DNA from: a virus
Virus record (IMG/VR): IMGVR_UViG_3300005069_000001
Direction: 5' to 3' (one strand)
DNA length: 41,346 nt
The notes under the pieces were generated by a model. The model did no database searches, was not told the origin of the DNA, and saw only the letters and a list, made by a program, of their open reading frames with translations. This document shows positions 40,016 through 41,346 of this stretch, in pieces (within the stretch, counting starts at the first letter, position 1; each line of letters begins with the position of its first letter). Made by a program: the position numbers and the translations under genes.

Positions 40016-40933
40016 TTAAGCTCCTGCTGAACCGTTAATAACACGCCAGTCATGATAGTTAAACGCATATGATTCATAACCCATTGTATATTCTACTTTG
40101 GTTGAGAAATCATAATCAGTGTCCAATTCAAGAGAATTAGCAACATAATGAACAAGACCTTCACCCATAGAAACATCATTGATAATGAACCATGCGTCTT
40201 CGTCTGTCAAATATGGTGATTTGATAATTTCTAAAGGATACAATGAACCAACAGCGTTCGCATCATTATCAGAAGTGCCAACTCTTAATTGTGATTTCAT
40301 AATGCGGTGTGCTTCTGCCCAGTTACTTGAATGAACAAGTAATTTTTTAGGCTGAATCATGATTTGTTTACCGTTTGTATCTTTGGTCTTAAGAATATCA
40401 GTAATAACTTGCTCAATACCAGCTTCTGATAAATCAGTGTTACCACTTGATATTAAGTTACCTTGAACCCCACCAGTTGCACTTGGGTGACTTGCTGAAA
40501 TCATAGCAACCCCGTCACCGTCTGAACGTGTATTTGTAAATGCGTTATTAAAGATTAAATGCCCTAAAACTTCTTTTGTTTCACGGAATGAATCGCCTAA
40601 ACGCATTGCACGTTTCATAGTTACTTTTTTATCTTGCCCATATTGCTTTTCTTCTTTGGTAACGCCAAAACCCAAAGCAACAGCAAACATATTTGTTTTA
40701 ACTGTATAGCCTTGTTTTTCGGAAGCAATAGAAGTAGCACCGCCTTCGGCTTTAATTTGTGCCAAAGGAAACGATGAAGCAGATACAACCTCTTCATATT
40801 TGTATTTTGCCGTTAGTTTTTCAAATAACTGTGGACAAATTTCAGGGTTTTTCTTGTAACCCATTTCTAAAAAACCACGAATACCAGGTTTTAAATTTTT
40901 GGGAAAGTTACCCGTTGTAATAATATTAACCAT
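40016..40933 (-). CDS. Major capsid protein, HK97-fold type (305 aa)
   Basis: Size, position in the head module, and the sequence character of HK97-like coat proteins. Confidence 0.7.
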   Translation of the reverse strand: MVNIITTGNFPKNLKPGIRGFLEMGYKKNPEICPQLFEKLTAKYKYEEVVSASSFPLAQIKAEGGATSIASEKQGYTVKTNMFAVALGFGVTKEEKQYGQDKKVTMKRAMRLGDSFRETKEVLGHLIFNNAFTNTRSDGDGVAMISASHPSATGGVQGNLISSGNTDLSEAGIEQVITDILKTKDTNGKQIMIQPKKLLVHSSNWAEAHRIMKSQLRVGTSDNDANAVGSLYPLEIIKSPYLTDEDAWFIINDVSMGEGLVHYVANSLELDTDYDFSTKVEYTMGYESYAFNYHDWRVINGSAGA

Positions 40934-40936
40934 ACA

Positions 40937-41346
40937 TTAAATTCCTGTCGTGTTGTTAACTGAATGAAGATTGATTGCAACAAGATATTTTGCATACGCC
41001 CCAACCTCGTTTGATGGGTCTTGAACAAAGCCAATTATTCGTAATTGTTTTGTCGCACCAGTACCTACTGATGTTGTACTAATTTGAGCCCCAGAATTAC
41101 CGTAAACAGTTTCGCCTGCGACAGCAAATGTGAAGTCTGCATTTGCACCAACATCGCCAGTAGCAGGAGTCGCACTTGCATCACCTTGAATAGCGTAAAT
41201 TGTATCAGGGTGATTTGATACATAAACATAACGCTCAGTTGATGCTGCACGATAAACGGTTGAGTCATTCGTTACTGCTTCAACGCTTGTAACAATACCA
41301 GTGACATAATTTGTCGCCCCTGCTGTTGCACGAATAACATCAGGAA
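40937..41346 (-). CDS. C-terminal part of the junction-spanning 188-aa head-module protein (see 1..248)
   Basis: Frame is open from the window end to TAA at 40939-40937. Ends ...GATKQLRIIGFVQDPSNEVGAYAKYLVAINLHSVNNTTGI*. Confidence 0.6.
   Translation of the reverse strand, partial: PDVIRATAGATNYVTGIVTSVEAVTNDSTVYRAASTERYVYVSNHPDTIYAIQGDASATPATGDVGANADFTFAVAGETVYGNSGAQISTTSVGTGATKQLRIIGFVQDPSNEVGAYAKYLVAINLHSVNNTTGI
41256..41346. repeat. Right copy of the exact 91-bp end duplication
   Basis: Base-for-base identical to 1-91. Confidence 0.95.

Larger units (their letters stand above)
1..41346. mobile_element. Complete tailed-phage genome (unique length 41,255 bp), podovirus-like, late-gene order resembling P22 (terS-terL-portal-scaffold-coat ... 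gp4-like, gp10-like, ejection proteins, fiber)
   Basis: Terminase, portal, capsid, tail hub, fiber, lysis and replication genes are all present. The window ends overlap by an exact 91 bp. No host-type housekeeping genes. Confidence 0.85.

Noticed and set aside
41065-41268. 67-aa minus-strand ORF near the window end
   Set aside because: Wrong frame. The real gene here is the junction-spanning 188-aa ORF in a different frame, and this peptide is low-complexity junk.
1-41346. Search for tRNA, CRISPR repeats, integrase/att sites, transposase, reverse transcriptase (DGR/retron), methyltransferase and DNA polymerase
   Set aside because: No T-loop-like GGTTCGAAT motifs were seen, and no regularly spaced 25-40-bp repeats. 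No ORF has the corresponding catalytic motifs. Absence was judged by eye only and should be confirmed with tRNAscan-SE, CRISPR finders and HMM searches.

Overview
The window is a complete dsDNA tailed-phage genome. Bases 1-91 are identical to 41256-41346, so the unique length is 41,255 bp and the molecule is circular, or circularly permuted and terminally redundant. One gene crosses the junction. By eye the backbone is roughly high-30s to 40 % G+C, with a few much more AT-rich inserts. About 80 tightly packed genes are present, many with ATGA/TAATG start-stop overlaps.

Layout:
- A ~25-kb minus-strand late block runs 6312 -> 1 / 41346 -> 22886. Its order is terS, terL, portal, a GroES-like co-chaperonin, a scaffold-like protein, the HK97-type major capsid protein plus auxiliary head proteins, a P22 gp4-like adaptor and gp10-like hub, four low-complexity ejection-type proteins, a 1289-aa fiber (FN3 and lectin domains), a T7-lysozyme-like amidase lysis cassette, and a second cluster of exported proteins.
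- The replication/recombination module comprises a Toprim primase fused to a RepA-like helicase, a VRR-NUC nuclease, a Sak4-like ATPase, a DUF669 SSB-like protein and an SF2 helicase.
- Accessory islands lie at 6.35-7.6 kb, 10.8-11.3 kb and 15.9-24.9 kb.
- I found no DNA polymerase, integrase, tRNA, rRNA, CRISPR array, transposase or reverse transcriptase. The morphology is podovirus-like (no tape measure or tail tube genes). Lipoproteins and Sec-type signals point to a Gram-negative host; the genus cannot be called from sequence alone.

Most interesting leads (all inferences that need testing):
1. An acr/aca-style early operon: a consensus promoter with an embedded palindrome, a 215-aa strongly acidic protein and a coupled small HTH (6365-7305).
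2. An iteron/AT-rich origin-like region (8270-8555). Its 11-mer recurs in a 230-bp orphan non-coding region at 18.84-19.07 kb.
3. SSB-C-terminus-like acidic/aromatic tails on both the primase-helicase (...EEIPF) and the DUF669 protein (...DEIPWN), in a genome with no polymerase gene.
4. Three tandem GcrA-N-like HTH paralogs, the last carrying a full GcrA C-terminal Cys/His motif (20360-21364).
5. An HTH-led operon encoding a stand-alone DUF262/ParB-like protein and two Cys-rich mini-proteins (19069-20059).
6. A four-gene coupled cassette behind back-to-back promoters that share one palindromic -35 hexamer (15964-17110).
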